A DNA stretch of 64,000 bases from Dicyema japonicum (GCA_011109175.1 RDEW01000083.1:62001-126000); one strand, 5' to 3'; counted from the stretch's first letter, positions 12,861-27,181 are shown. Made by a program: numbers and translations. The notes: generated from the letters alone by a model not told the origin.

Positions 12861-13730
12861 GTTTAGTGATTAATTGCATGTTTATGTTCACATGGGTTTA
12901 TTCTATAGATTTTGTCCAATTGACTTTTGAAGAATTATGAGCTTCTTCCTCAGAGTGCAAACCCCCATCTGGGTTTTTGAGAACAATCTTTTTTTAATCC
13001 AACGATCCCGATTTGTTTTAAGTTCGCACCCCCGAAAATGTTAAAAGCCAACCTCGCACACCGGATTTTAAAGCTAACAAAATTCGAATTTTATTCGAAA
13101 AAATTAGATAGGTTTTTTAGACTTTTCCTGCCTTTTAGTTTTAATTCTTCAAAACGTGGTTTTTTGTTTGCTTGAGCAATTTTGAGATCGTTTTTAGGGT
13201 TTTTCGGTACTTATTTTTATGTGTAGTAGAAATGAAAATTTAGTTGCAAACGGAGCCAGAACTTGCTGTGCTTTTTTTGCGGAAACCCAACTTGCGAACC
13301 GCACCAAAAAACCTCCAAAGAATTTAAGTCCTACAACATTTTCAGTGATGTTGCAGTTTCAATCAATGTCTTTATCCTCATCACCATCTTCTCTATTTTG
13401 AAAGCAAATGGGTTAACAACACAGGTACCAGAATCTTTAATATTTCCAATGCTACTTTGAATGACGCCAAAAGTGACGGTTTGTCAATGCAGGTAAATCC
13501 AAGCTTCGGAAGCGTTCCTTGGATATCGTATCGGGACTTTTTAGCCTTCAAATATTTAAGATCATTTCCTGGACGTTTTTCCTCATGGATAAATTTAAAA
13601 TGTCCGTTCAGCTTCGATGGTTTCAAATTTGAATTATAAAAAATTGCATCACAAAACACGCACTGGGTCTATTAATTCCATCAATAATTATCTTCGTAAA
13701 CCATATTCTGGCAACCTACCCTGTATTTAA

Positions 13731-16030
13731 ATGCCAAGAAAATCTTATGAGCAAACTCTCCTACAATCTAATTGGATGCAACGTTACTGCAAAACATCAA
13801 ATCTCGAGTCTTTGTCACTTAGAATCTCACAATTTCGCAACATGGAACGTAAGAGCTTAAACGAAGGGAAACTAGAAGTCGTAAAAAGAGAAATGAGAAG
13901 GCTTGATATTGACCTGCTTGGAGTAAGCGAACTTCACTGGATTGACAGTGGTTTTTTTCGTTCTGATGATTTCGTCATATATTATTCTGGTAACATTAAT
14001 GCGAAGAGAAACGGAGTGGCCTTCATTGCTTCAAAGAAAATTGCACGTGCTATTGAAAGTCATAGAATATTTAATGATCGGATAATACTAATCCACGTCC
14101 GTGGACGACCATTGAATATTACGGTCATGCAAGTGTATGCCCCAACATCTATTGCCAAGGATGACGAAATTGACCAATTTTATTATGAATTTCAAGAGGC
14201 ACTAAAACTAATACCCAAAAAGGACATAATCTACATAATGGGGGATTTCAATTCAAAAGTTGGGTGTATGCCACATACGGATATTGTGGGAAGTTTTGGT
14301 TTGGGGAAAAGAAATGATGCTGGGGATCGACTGGTCCAATTCTGTCAGGAAAATGGATTTCAGATAACTAACACATGGTTCAAACAGCACAAACGACGAT
14401 TATACACTTGGACGTCGCCAAATGGAATGTCTAGGAACCAGATTGATTATATTTTGTGCGCCAAACGTTGGAAAAGCTCTATAACAGCCGTCAAAACATA
14501 TCCAGGGGCAGACTGTGGAACAAACCATCAGCTACTTGTTGCAAAAATTAGGACGAAATTCAGTAACACTTGGAATACCCCCCGAGTAAAGAAATTCGAT
14601 GTCTTAAGCATACCACCAGAATACGCAATGGAAGTTAAGCACAATATTGGATTACTGGATTTGAACGGAAGGATGCAGGAACGCTGCAATAGAACATGTC
14701 AAATACAAAACGCCGGCCAAGTGCTCTGAGTGGCTCTCTGCCAACACCCTAAACATTGCTGAGCCTCGTAAAGCTGCTAAAGTCTCTGGGAATATAGACG
14801 AGATAAGAATATTTAACTTTGAATTCAAAATGGCAGCCAAGAAGGATAAAGAAGACTACTGGAGGTTACACTGCAAAAAAATGGAAGATGACTATAAGAG
14901 AGGTCACACTAGGAATGCGTATTTACAACTAAAAAATTACGAACCCCCTTTACGAAAATAATGGGCAAAATCAAGGACAAATGGTGTTGAATTGCTAGGC
15001 TAACAGAACATCCGAAATCGTTGGAGAGAATATACGAAATCGTTGGCTATATTCAGAAACTGTGTGCCCACCCATATGTGTTGATGAAGCAACGTTGGGT
15101 GAGGGGCATAAAATCTTTGAAGAGGAATGCGTGTGGGCTACACGGCAATTAACGGAGAACAAGGCACCAGGGATTAACAACATCTCAAGCGAATTGTTGA
15201 AGGCTATACCGGTGGCAGCTATCACCAGTCTATGTCAAAAAATTTGGGAAACTGGTATTTGCCCACGTGTGTGGAAAAGATCTATATTTATTCCAATACC
15301 GAAAAAAGGGGATAGCAAGGACTGTTCAAACTATCGTACAATAGCCTTAATTCCCCACGTCAGCAAAATACTTCTAAAGATAATACAACATCGTCTAATG
15401 CTAAATGCAGAAATAATTCTACCGGATGTCCAAGCAGGATTCAGGAAGGGACGAGGCACAAGTGACCATATAGCAAATGTAAGGTGGATTATGGAGAAAG
15501 CTCATGAATCCCAAAAAAATGTATACACGTGCTTCATTGACTATCGGAAAGCTTTTGATTCCGTTATACATGACAATCTGTGGTCCGCTTTAAAAGAATT
15601 TGGATTCGATGCCAATCTGGTATTATCAAATCTCTTTATAATGATCAAGAAGCTACTGTTAGAACAGTGTATGGAGATACCGATTGGTTCAAAATTAATA
15701 AAGGAGTAAGACAAGGATGCTTATTATCTCCCATCCTATTCAATATTTATGTCGAAATGATCATGATAAAATTGGAGGCAGGAACATCAATAATTTGCGC
15801 TATGCTGACGATACAACCTTACTGGCTGAAACAGAGGATGGCCTCAGGGAGTTGATTCTAAGATTCAGAGAAGAGAGCGCCGTTTTTGGTTTATTGCTAA
15901 ATATCAAGAAGACCAAAATTATGACGACTGCTAATAATGGAACTAAAAATTGGGAATGAGAAAATAGAGAGTTTCGATAATGATGTCTTTCTGGGATGTC
16001 TAATTAATCGGAATGGAAGCTCCATGTGGT
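13731..16030 (+). mobile_element. RTE-clade (BovB-like) LINE with a few frameshifts
   Basis: EN reads LNEGKLEVVKREMRRLDIDLLGVSELHW...YIMGDFNSKVG...NQIDYIL. RT reads NYRTIALIPHVSKILLKII, QAGFRKGRGT, GVRQGCLLSPILFN and NNLRYADDTTLLA. Confidence 0.93.
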
Positions 16031-16750
16031 CCATCCGATCAACACATCTACTTAACTTCCTTCTTAGTCGATTTCTTTCTTTAATCAGTCGAAAGGTAAT
16101 AGGCAAAATTTCAATACTTTTCTTACGGTTTCCATTGGACAATATCTTCTTAGCTTCTTTGATAGCAAAGTCTGTCCTCCTCTTAACATTCGAGATACAT
16201 TTGTAGTGATAGTTCATCTCTTTGAGGTAGTTCAAAAGGTCGCTGTCCTCAACCCAATCGGGTAAGTTCTTCAATAAAATTTTGATGGCCTCGCGGTTAT
16301 CTTTCTAAATCGGTAATTGTCCGGTACGAAGGGCAAGCATGGTGCACGGCCTCTATAAAGGCCATCTTGTTAGAGTTGCTGTATTATCCAAGACGGAAGG
16401 TAACTAATCCTTTGGCTCATCCACATAGATCCTAATTCGTCGTGAGGGTACAGTAAATTAGCGCTCATAGTTGAATAGACTGAGATCTGCACAGTCAGGT
16501 TGTCTGAGTACTTCATTGAGGTTGTTGGTCGATTTCGCATCGCTTTCACTAACAGGTTCAGCTTTCTTGATAATGGGTTCTAGATTGGTCACCGTTATGG
16601 GCATTCCATTAGCGGATATAGATTCTTTAGCTCTGCACGGCGTCTTATCTTCCTCCCTGATTATTTAACAATTGCATTCCTGAGGGCGAGAAGAGTTGCT
16701 CTGCTTTGTTGCTGTTCTCTCAATTTTTTGTTTCAAATAATCACATGACG
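16030..16750 (-). mobile_element. Gag-like LINE ORF1 fragment
   Basis: KILLKNLPDWVEDSDLLNYLKEMNY resembles IVLKNLPFWVDDNDLHEFVKEI of the zinc-knuckle ORF1 at about 48300. Confidence 0.6.
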
Positions 16751-17329
16751 ATTCTATCTAGTAGGTAGACAATATTTTCTTGTCTTTGGAGTCGTAGTGA
16801 TTATATTCAAAATTATTTTGACCATTTGTGTTACCATCAGAATCTTCTCTATTCGTCAATATTCTTTTACAAGCAAACAAGAATTTACCCATGCTGTTGA
16901 ACTAATTTAAATTGAATTGATTTTTTAAATATAATTTTTTAATTAATAACTATTATTATTTGTATATAATTAAGATTTTTATATACATCTAATTTTACAA
17001 ACAAATATTTCCGATAAGCTTTTCGCGCCTCCATTCACACGATTCTGCGCCTCCTAATTTAGAAACCTCTACTTTATAAAATTCTAAAAATGTACAGAAC
17101 AGTAATAAATCCTTAGATCAGATAGGTATCTGTGAGGGAATCGGATTCTTCTTTTATGATTTAGGAATATTTGATTAGTCACGTGCCAGCTAATTCTTGT
17201 GTGATTTTAACTAATCTCTTGTGACTTTCAGTATTCTGAGCACTATTCCCTAAGCAATCATAGTATCTCCTAAGAAATTATAGTATGAGACCTTGACATC
17301 AGTGCGTTCTTTTAGAAGAAAAAACCAAA

Positions 17330-17640
17330 TTTTTAATTTTGTCTAAAAGTGATTGGTCCACATCGTTACTACGGAGAAAACTAAACGTCCACCCAATAAT
17401 GGAATACTTTACGCCATCGGGACTTCTTCAAGATGGCAAATTCCCCTTACCTTCCCATCGGGTCGGACATTAAACTATATCTAGACGCCTGCCCGAGACA
17501 CGAGAAGAAACCTTACCCGTTTTGAGGTTAACCCAGGATTCCAAAACTAACCGCAGGAAAAGGACCGGTATGGACATCGGGATCACTTAATTTGAAAATA
17601 ACTCTTGTTCTTTTTCTCGTGATTCCAGGGTTAATAAAAT
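17330..17640 (+). mobile_element. 3' end of a Jockey/I-like LINE (same family as 2125-2420)
   Basis: PIGSDIKLYLDACPRHEKKPYP versus PFGPDIKLYVDACPRYEKKPSP, followed by an A-rich end. Confidence 0.65.
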
Positions 17641-18399
17641 TAAATTAAATATTTGAGACATTGAAAAAGCAATAACTGCCATTCATCAATTGCCTGGCTG
17701 AAGCCTATTCCTGTGCCAAGATTGTCAACCTGCTGGATGATGAGGCAGTGATAATATCCTCCTTGCTTAAACTGTGTGCGGAGCGAAAACGAATACTGCT
17801 ACTATCCACTGTCGTGAAAAGTGAGCGCGAGAATATTGCTACTATCCACTGTCGTGAAAAATCGTTTTTCGAGGCATGCAGGGGCGAGCCAAAGCTTTCG
17901 TCTACCCAGGGCGACTGTTTGATAATGATGCCCCTTATAACTGACTTAAAAAATCGTGACTAAATAAATTATAAATGTTGGCATACATGAGAATGAAGAA
18001 ATAAAATTTCAAGCACTTATTTCCAGTCACTTACTTCCATGTCCTATCGCTCCTTTGCAAAATAATTATTGACTGTGTTAAACACACCGGTAACCAAGGC
18101 ACAATACGCCTCATACGCAAGCGTGACACCGTCGTCATAATAAGAAACGTCCCTTACAGCGCTCGTTCGAATAAAACAGTGATCGCTAGCAGTCAATCTT
18201 GTCTATGATAAAAAAACATCGAGAAAAAAGTGACTAGAGCTTAATAAAGTAAATTCTATGGCTTGGATCTGCTGCACAGAGCGGCTTCCCCTATAGCTCT
18301 TTCTAGGCATGTCCCTGTATGCCAGTCTTAAAGTGATGTTGAAAAACGCTATTTGGAGTCGACTGGTCTCACAAAAAACGATGGTAAGCGCACTACGAG

Positions 18400-19350
18400 A
18401 TTACAACATTTTTTTCAAATGGTCTGAGCTTGGTTTGGATCGCTACGTGTTTTGATACAATAGGGAGATATAAAGAGTATGCCTATTTAACACTAAAAGG
18501 GATTTGGACTCCATTTATCGCCATTTTTAATCATCGGTTTGCTTGGAGACTTTTTAAGGAGTGTGGGAAAGACTAGCCACTGTGATTTTATCAGAGCTAT
18601 TAGGCGTATTAGGAAATGGAGAGATTGCAGATGTGGACCCATCAACGAGGCACCTAATAATAGACCATCATTATTTAAGAGAATGTTTTCTCTCACGTGC
18701 AGTACTGTTAAGAATTCCCATTCATGTTTGCCCAATTTCTCAACCCAATAGTTGCTTACTTTGATATATTATATCTAATCTGATGGTAGACTGAGGATCT
18801 CTAGTACGTCCTCTCTATACATTGTATGATAATATCCTGAACAAGGATCATGATTTCCTCTAGGTTTTTCATCTGAAGTCAGTACCACAGGAGAATCTCA
18901 CGTGTAATATCAGTTATCTTGCCCCTGGATGATTTCTCTTACGATTTTTGACGACTAAATAACCTTGCCTATGCTTTCCTGATTTATATTCATTACGTCC
19001 TTAATCTCGACCTGAGAAAAATATATGCCTTATACCAACACTCATTAAGTCAACCTCTTTCATCGCCAGGTCATATCTGACAACCTTCGTGATCACCCAT
19101 TTTCTCCAGTTCTTGATATTTTCTGAGAACTTGTAAATGTGGCTACAGTATTAGTGACTACAATTCACGTTTGAGTGACTTTTCTATGAAATCAATCCAC
19201 TTTTGGATGCATGACTCAAAGTTGACTGTTCACCGGATTCACTGTCGGTCACTGGAATAGTCATGCACTTTTTGGGGAGCCATCGCAGGCTTTTGAGTTT
19301 CCAAATGCTCCACCTTCTGTCATTTACGCTCACTCTATTGGGAGAGAGGT
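18400..19350 (-). mobile_element. Heavily degraded Gypsy-like pol (RNase H/integrase) remnant
   Basis: Only scattered integrase- and RNase-H-like patches among many stops. Confidence 0.3.
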
Positions 19351-19599
19351 AATACTACGCGCATGTGTCTGTTCATAATAGTCCTTAGTAAACTCCCTCA
19401 GCTTTCTTATTTATTTCCGGTTGTTTTCTTTATCATCGTTCTATTCTTAATTCATGTCTTACGTCTGTTTTCACATTAGACTCCTCGAATATCCCACGTG
19501 CGTGGATAGATGAGCGATTGATTGTTAAGGGACATTCGCATAATCAGGAATTACACGCTTTTTCGTTTAGAAACGCCTCAAAGGATTCATTAAAGGAAG

Positions 19600-20200
19600 A
19601 AATGAGCCTGAGAACAGCATCGTTTTAACAAATCTTAAAGAAATTGACTGTCTACGCATAAACCTAACTGAGTCCTGATTTTGACTGTTTTTTGCAGGAT
19701 ATTGAGAGGGAATCGCTTTCTATGTTGAAATGTCTAACATGGCATAGAGGAATGTCCATCTTTAAGTTACAGCAGATTAATCTGAGTTCCCGAGTACCAG
19801 TCTACCCAACCTTCCTCATAATTACTAATTTTCGCGCTTTTAATGAGTCCATCTGCATAGCTGTCAACCGAACAACCTCACAAACTAGTTCCCCAATCTC
19901 AGGTAAGTCGGACAGGGCTATTAAGGTTACAAATATATGAGGTTACTCGAAAATTTAAATATTCAATATAAAATAATAATTGTCTCCTCCAATCAATCTC
20001 CGTTGAAACATCAGACGTGCTTGATCAACAGAGTTTATCGAACTGAACGCCTAATTTTTAAAGATCGAGCGTTCATCGCAATAATAGTAAGATCAGACTT
20101 TATGCTTGTAGAATCCCTGACTTTACTGATGAAGGCTTTTAAAAGGTTGTGGGAAACAAAGTCAAAATGATAAAGGTTTTTCAAAATGTTGTCTTAATTA
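19600..20200 (-). mobile_element. Degraded LINE endonuclease remnant
   Basis: Minus frame LTIIAMNARSLKI matches the start of an APE endonuclease. The rest is fragmented. Confidence 0.4.
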
Positions 20201-21289
20201 AATAGTCGTTTCCAGTTGGCATTTTAATAGTTGAAGTGCCAAGGGCAATATTGAGTTGTGGTCGCATCTTGAATCATAGGTGACTGAGCAAGAAGAGAAG
20301 GAACAAAAAGTAATTAACATTCATATCACAACAGATGAGAACGTTGTAGACAGCAGGTAAATCGGACCTAGCATAGTCTGGTGGGGAAACGATAAAAATT
20401 GAATGAGGAAATATTTTATTTTGTAGTTCTAAATCAAGTCGCAATTATTTCAATAGCATCGTCATCTTCCAAAAGGATTTTCACTTCCGAAGAGCTGTTC
20501 AGGAATTTAAGGTCCTTCTGACAAATAGTTAAGAGACCACCAGACCGTTTCTTCGATCGTTGCAATCATGAAAGCCAACGCTTCATCAATTATAATAAGA
20601 TTTAAAGATTAAAGTCAAATTATGACTTATCAAGATTAATTTAATATTTGTTTATTAAAAAAAATGTTTTAAAATATGGCGAACCTTTTAATGCATTATT
20701 AATTTATCATTATTTTACCACGTTGTTGTTTTATTGTGTATTGTTTTTTGCTGTATTGTATTTACTTTAATCTTCTATGAATATATTATTGGATTAATCA
20801 TATAGTGTTGAAGGCTGTTATCAAAATGTCTAATATCTATTTATTTTGGTGACTATAAATATGGATTGTTCTTCACTATTTGATTTGTCTCATTACTTTA
20901 TAATAAAATAAAGCCTTCATACGAGAGTAATTGTAATGAACAAATGATTTATTATTATTTTCGAAACCCAACACTTTGGACAGTCTTATAGCTCTCGAAG
21001 TAGTTGTTGTTTTACATTTTCCTATATTCTTTATTCTATTCGATTTTGTACGGATTCATCATATTGTGTTGAAGTAAATTATCGAAAAGTCTATTATATT
21101 TTTTAACATATTAAAGGCTCTTTCTACAGATCAAGATGATGTTTGACATTGTGGCAAAATACAATAATCCTGATTGCAAATTTTTGGTTGGTGAATTCAA
21201 TTATTATTTAGAGCACTTTCACAGAACCAAAGAACGTTATATTAACTAAAGTCCCGTTTGTGCCACGCGTTTCGAAATTTGCTTCTATA

Positions 21290-21545
21290 GGCGTCTCCAT
21301 CGCCCTCTGCTTTGCACATCTGTCTATCTCTTCTCCAGATTTAAGTTTTCTTCCATATTCATTAATTCCTTGTTCAGAGCCACGGGTAGAGTGACTCTGG
21401 GACTTCCTCTGAACGATGGTTTGTTCTCATTGTTAAAGTAATTGTCCATTATTATATTTGCAGGGGCGTTTATGTCCGTTCTAAGCACGTGCCCAAACAG
21501 TCTCCATCATGATTCAACAATGTCAACAGTGAGCTCAATGTTTTT
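21290..21545 (-). mobile_element. RTE-like family 3' fragment
   Basis: WRLFGHVLRTDINAPAN..MDNYF..FRGSPRVTLP...GRWRRL, the same family as 39170-41860. Confidence 0.8.
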
Positions 21546-22499
21546 TTTAAACCACTTATTGTGATCCCATTTTCTATGCAATTCTTAATATCCTCCTTTT
21601 CATTTTATTCCGATTAATTCTGTGGGTTCCGGTGTTTGAAAAGGATCCATAATTTTTTAACGAAAAACATTTTATTAACAAAAAGAGATTTAAATAATTG
21701 CGTATTTGTTCCACGTAAAACGGCAATCCCGATTCGTTGGAATGGGTGACAACTTTTCCGGTGAGCCACACGACACCACGTTAACACTCATATAATTTAA
21801 TATTAACCGCACTTTAAGATTTTTGAAGTGGATATTTTCACGGAACCAAAAATTATTTATCACGTTGGATATTGTTCTGAGCACATCATGATAAGATAAC
21901 AATACATCATATGTTTAAGAAAGATTTTTTTTCCCATATGTGAGCAATAAATGTCCTTTCTCAAAACACAGTAATGATAATGATTCAAAGTTATACTCTC
22001 AGTAACGAAAGTTCCTAACTAACCCTCTTTAAATGGGAATAAATTCTTTTGTTTGGACTTTGTTCTAGAATTCTCACAGATAATAGTTGAGAAAAAAGAC
22101 TCGATATCTCTATATGGGTTGTTCATCATGTTTAGGCTTTTGAGCCTTTTCTGTGATTCTTCTTTTATTTTTTCTATCAGTTCATCAATTATTTTGGACC
22201 ATGCTTAGTGTACATTGCCTTGAGAATTTCTTCAATTCTCGCTCTTATATTTCAGTGATCAATGGTGAATCGGAGTAATGCTTCTGTAACTTTCATAGTC
22301 AAAATTTTTGAGTATCGTCCATTTACCTATACAACGAACTATAGCAAATTTTACTGAAAAGAAAATCAAAGAGGGTATTAGTTACAACATTATCAAATGT
22401 TTGACTAATTGAGTGGAATTCGGGAATGTTATAATATTTCTTTTTTCCAATTTATATTTATTTAACTTAATTTTTTCGATAAATATTTGAATAATTCTT

Positions 22500-22950
22500 T
22501 TACAATCTATTAACGTCACATACTTTCCCTTAAGTTCTAATGAAACTTCATTAAATTTTCAAAAATCCAAGTCAAATAAACAATTTCTTTCTTTTTCGAT
22601 ACAATTAAATCTGCTAAATTTTTATCACGTTCAGAAGTAAGAAAATTTACGATTCTGTCAAATAATATTGAAAATCTTTCTTATACATTTCCGCTTGATA
22701 ATAACCTCAGTGTGAAGCACAAGATGGACATATGTTCTTTAACCTCATAGCAAAATTTTCTAAAAAGACGATCATACTTGCTGTTTGCTTTAATTTTGTT
22801 TATGGTTTTAATAACTATATTTAACGTTTCATTTAGAATTGGCGAAAGAGGGAAAAATAGTATTTCTAAGCCTTTCACATAAAATATTGAATCATTGGTA
22901 AATGGCACGGATTTTAAAATTTTGTCGGGATTTAAACCCATCAGATCAAT
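22500..22950 (-). mobile_element. hAT transposase fragment
   Basis: LSPILNETLNIVIKTINKIKANSKYDRLFRKFC...LLSSGNV matches the Buster-type catalytic region. Confidence 0.7.
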
Positions 22951-22999
22951 TACATATTTTTAATCTTTGCACGAAAACCTCCAATATTATTTTTTTATT

Positions 23000-24037
23000 C
23001 CATTACAGTTATAATTTATTCTCTCAATGATTTTATGGATATCTTTTAAAATATAATGATGTTTCATCGCAATTGAAAATGTTACTTTCTCCTAAGCATT
23101 TTACAAAATCATCATATTCAGCAAAAAACGGTAATTGTGAAGTTTCAGATGAATTATTCTCTCCATTTATAGATTTAAATAGCAATTCGTGTCTTTTTTG
23201 AATCTATCTAACCATCCATTTGATATTTTAAACGTTTGATAATCGATTCTCCGAGGAATTAATAAAGCTATATTCTTCAATAATGTTCCATAAATGGGAA
23301 TATAGTGCTCCCTGCATTTCACAAACGTTTCGTACACTAATTTATCTAGTTTCTGTGACTTCTCTACTGAAATATTTTTTATCTCAGGATTTCGATCATT
23401 AATATTGTTTTCACTTGAATGAAGAGTTTTATTGTTGGGAAACATGAGTAGTTAATAATTACTGAGTCCAGCGGATATGATCGAGTGGCTGTTACCTCTG
23501 ACTACTGCCAGGGATATCCTTTGGAAAAGCCACTCGGTTTCCCGACGCTCCCTCGAGGCTTTGGTCAATAGACACCCAAGTGCTTTAAGGAAGAGGACCG
23601 TCTTGGGGCCAAAGACTCCGCTCGTCTCGACGACCACTGGCTGTACATGGAAACGGTTTAGGTTGAATGAACAAATCCATTTTGAAAAAAAATTAAATAT
23701 TATTCTTAATCCTAGATACAGTACCTAAAATTGCATAAATTGAAATCAAACCTTTACTTGTATTTGCCTCTCAGATGATTTTTTCGAAGCCAAATCCATT
23801 GCATTCTTCAATTTATTATTATTTTTGACATGAAATCACAGTAAATAACAAAATTTAACGTTGAAATTTATTTTTTTTAATTTTTTATTAACAAAAAAGT
23901 ATTTTTCTTAAGTAGGGGTTTTTAAAAATTTACAAAATTTGGAAATTAATACTTAAAAATAGGCATGATTCACAAAGTGCTCCAAAAAGCGAGTTGCCCC
24001 AAAATCCGAGAGTAGTTTTGAGGCGGTGGTCGGACTG
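23000..24037 (-). mobile_element. Tigger/pogo transposon (partial) with a nested CRE-like fragment
   Basis: TIR CAGTCCGACC ends at 24037, followed by TA. psq-HTH remnant at about 23690-23830, CENP-B HTH FKISNGWLDRFK at 23167-23445, and DDE start IFNCDET. Confidence 0.8.
23450..23660 (-). mobile_element. CRE-like (RLE-encoding) non-LTR element, 3' fragment
   Basis: VVETSGVFGPKTVLFLKALG...WLFQRISLAVVRGNSHSI. Confidence 0.75.
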
Positions 24038-24149
24038 TAATAAATTTTTCCATTCCATAGAAATGATCCACCTGTTAAATCTTCCGCCTGTAACCGTTTT
24101 GTATTTTGGAAAAAAGGATATAAAACATATTTCATTTCTTCCAGTTCTT

Positions 24150-24720
24150 CCCATTGCTTTTCAGTTAGTGTAATGTTTTAAAGACTTTAATTCAATTAAT
24201 CGACAAATCATAAGGTATGTGCTTCCCCAGTGTGTTGCCTGATCAAGTATAGCACCTTTCCCCGCTCTTTGTAGAATATTATCAATGTACGTGCTACAGA
24301 TATTAGTCTGTATATATTGATTATTCCTGCAATATAAGGATATTTTAAGCCATCTCTTATAGCCAATTGTAGTGTGTACTGTACATCGCATGTGCTGGAT
24401 TTGGCATAACATTGATGCATCTTCAGTGATGTTATCTAATATATCATCAGAATCATGATTTTCTTCAACTTCTCTCTGAGTTGAATCATTTATTTTTATC
24501 ATGTTCGCAGCATTGTCGGTTTCTATGCACAAAATCTGTTCCTTCTTAATTTTATAATCTTCAAGAACCTCTACAACCAATTTTTCAGATGATTACTGTC
24601 ATGGTGAGCTGCAATGTCTTTTAATGCTAATGTCCTTGTAACAACTTGGCCATTCGAAGAATAGAATCGCACATTAATTGCAAAATAATTTTCACGGTGT
24701 CGTGTAGTACAATCCATTTT
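24150..24720 (-). mobile_element. hAT (Ac/ZBED4-like) transposase fragment
   Basis: TDNAANM, HMRCTVHTLQLAIRDGL and DQATHWGSTYLM motifs. Confidence 0.85.
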
Positions 24721-24739
24721 AATATTTAATAACTTTGGA

Positions 24740-25560
24740 ATACAACTAAATGAAATGTTTTCAACTAACTCATCTCTACCTAGTTTTTGATACGGTTAAC
24801 AAGAACAAGTTTATATGGGAACTGAGCGGATTTCTTGATGTGGAGAGTCTAAGGATGACCCGAATTCTATTTTCCAACACTGAGCTCCTTGTGAGAGTCG
24901 GAAAGACCTATTCAAGAAAATTTGAAACAAACACAAGCATTCCACAAGGAAACTTCCTATCTCTTCTCCAATTCACAATTTGTTTGGAAACCGTTATGAA
25001 GGAACTCAGACCGTTATTCCAAGGAAAGATGGAAGAAATGATCTACGCGGACGATTTAGACCTAATTTCTGAAGACAAAAAGGTCCTGGAAAACCTATTA
25101 GAAAAAGCACCTGATGTACTAGGGAAATGGTTACTTACTGTGAACAGAGAAAAACAGAATTCACAGAGATAAGAAGGATGAGTAACGCCCTAGAAGAGTG
25201 GCGACAAGTAAAGAAACTCGGTTCACTTATGGGAGATAGCGAAGATATCTTACGTAGGAAAACTAGCCAATGCTGCGTTATATAAACTGAAGAATCAATG
25301 GCTCAATCAAAGAGGTATCAACACGAAAATGAGAATCCTATAATACGACTCATTCATAAAACCCGTACTTTTATATGGGCGACCTCATCAGCGGATATGG
25401 AAAAACTAGACTCGTTTCACAGAAGTCAGCTGAGAAAAATAACAGGAACTACTTGGCCTACGAGAATTTCGAGAAATGCTTTATATAAAAGATGCAGCAC
25501 TAGACCTATCAGTTTAGAAGTACTGGAATCCCGATGGAAGCTCTTCGGACACGTGCTGAG
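24740..25560 (+). mobile_element. RTE-like family RT fragment
   Basis: SIPQGNFLSLLQF, IYADDLD, KLDSFHRSQLRK and RWKLFGHVL. Confidence 0.85.
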
Positions 25561-26165
25561 GTTTAGTTGTTATTTAGGAATGAGATTAGGTATTGATTAT
25601 GATTGATGTTATGCATTGATTATGTTTGATGTTAGATAGTGATTAGGAATGAGATTAGGTATTGATTATAGTTGTTGAAAATTGCCTTATGGATGAGATC
25701 ACAATTAGGTATTTTTTATGAAAGGGAATTGAATTTGTCAAAGTTATGGTTGTAGTTAGAATTAGACATAGATGGTTAATGATAGGTTTATGATTTTTTA
25801 GGTTTAAGAATAAAAATTACGGTTTAAAGTTAAGGTTATATTTAGGTTAGGGTTAGGAATTAGGGTTGTGGATTATGGCTAGGGATTGGGTTAAGGAATT
25901 TTGGTTAGGAATTAGAATTAGTGATTATGGTTAGGGTTCTGGATTAGCATTAGGAATTAGGATTAGGGGTTAGGGTCTGGGATTAAGGTTAGGGTTTTAC
26001 TTTTATGTGCTAGTAGGAGTTTTAACGGTAAGGAAACTTATTTTTGTTATTGATGGAATGGGTTAAAAAAGAATAATTTTTTATATTAAAAGTTAATTTT
26101 CGCTTAGTTTTTATTTGAATGTTTAAAAATTTTCTGACATTAATTGCATTGAATTGTTTCAGGTT
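25561..26165 (+). repeat. ~600-bp dispersed element containing a degenerate telomere-like (TTAGGG/TTAGGA) tract
   Basis: 6-bp periodic G-rich tract at about 25840-26000. The whole block aligns with 42527-42734 plus 46473-46720. Confidence 0.85.
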
Positions 26166-27181
26166 TTGTTCATTCATGTTCACTCCTTACACAAATTTGC
26201 CACTTTAGTCCCATGAGAGGTCGATGATGCTTTCTATGGAGTCGAGCTTTCCTCCATCGGTTTTCTTCCTGGTTCTCTACCCTTACCTTCAATGACATGG
26301 GCCTCAATGGCTGGTCGAAGAGGCACTAACTGTTTCTGAACCTTGAAAAGTATCGATGTTCAGTCTGCAGTCTCCAAGAGACAAGGTCAGAGAACTTGAC
26401 AAACGCTTAGTGTCACTCGATCACTCATTGGACCCCGAGGGAAATCTAGACCAATGACACCTCTAGAGAAAGGTGAGGGGCGACCTACTATTGCACGAAA
26501 AGCCTATTCAGCTTTATGTTGGATGAAAAACCATGACTTTTTTTTCTTCAAGAGCATGGGAGTTGAAGGACTAGGAGACATCGGAAACTGAAAGTTAAGA
26601 ACATTGGAAGTGTCAGATGGACGTAAGATCAGGCTTCGAACCTCGTTAGCAGAGATAGAATTAATATCTGTCAGAAGCACCAAGTATTTGATGATGTAAA
26701 TATAATTATGTGAATGTAGCCGATAATAATCTGAGTATTATTCTTGAGGACACGAAAACCGCTAGTTCATATATAACGAGTTACATTCACTCCATATTCG
26801 AAGATGATGAATTATTGGGATCTAAGGTTTAGTAAGGAATCCAATATGGCCTAAATTTGGGTTAACTTAAACACAACTTGACGGGGAACAGCCGAGCATT
26901 TATTCTCCTTTCTAAAGATAATCTTCGTTCTTCAAAACACAGAGGCTTTAGTCGACACTTAATCTCCAACGCTTTATTTTAAAATTGAGTTTCATACATT
27001 CCAAAGTCCGTCTACAATCCCACAACAAAAAAGCAAAAGGCCCATCAGCATCTCAACCAATTAACTGTAGAACAGCCACAATATTCCCTTTAATTCAGAA
27101 ACCACACAAATCACATTAACTAATAACGAAAGTAATAATTGCTTAAAGCATGAAAAATGCTCAAAAGTGTAAAAAGCATAA

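Larger units (their letters stand above)
13200..17068 (-). mobile_element. hAT (Buster/ZBED8-SCAND3 type) transposon interrupted by a ~3-kb retroelement stack
   Basis: Terminus AGAGGTTTCTAAATTAGGAGGCGC at about 17045-17068 (minus). ATG 16892 reads MGKFLF...KTRKY and resumes below 13712 with YGFTKIIIDGINRPQCVFC...KPSKLNGH...LGFTCIDKPSLLASFKVA. Confidence 0.75.

Noticed and set aside
19075-19110. U1 snRNA-like TGATCACGAAGGT on the minus strand
   Set aside because: No 5' ACTTACCTG, no Sm site and no other U1 stems; it lies in degraded retroelement sequence.
25840-26000. True chromosome end or telomere
   Set aside because: The tract is degenerate, internal, and embedded in a dispersed repeat with unique sequence on both sides.
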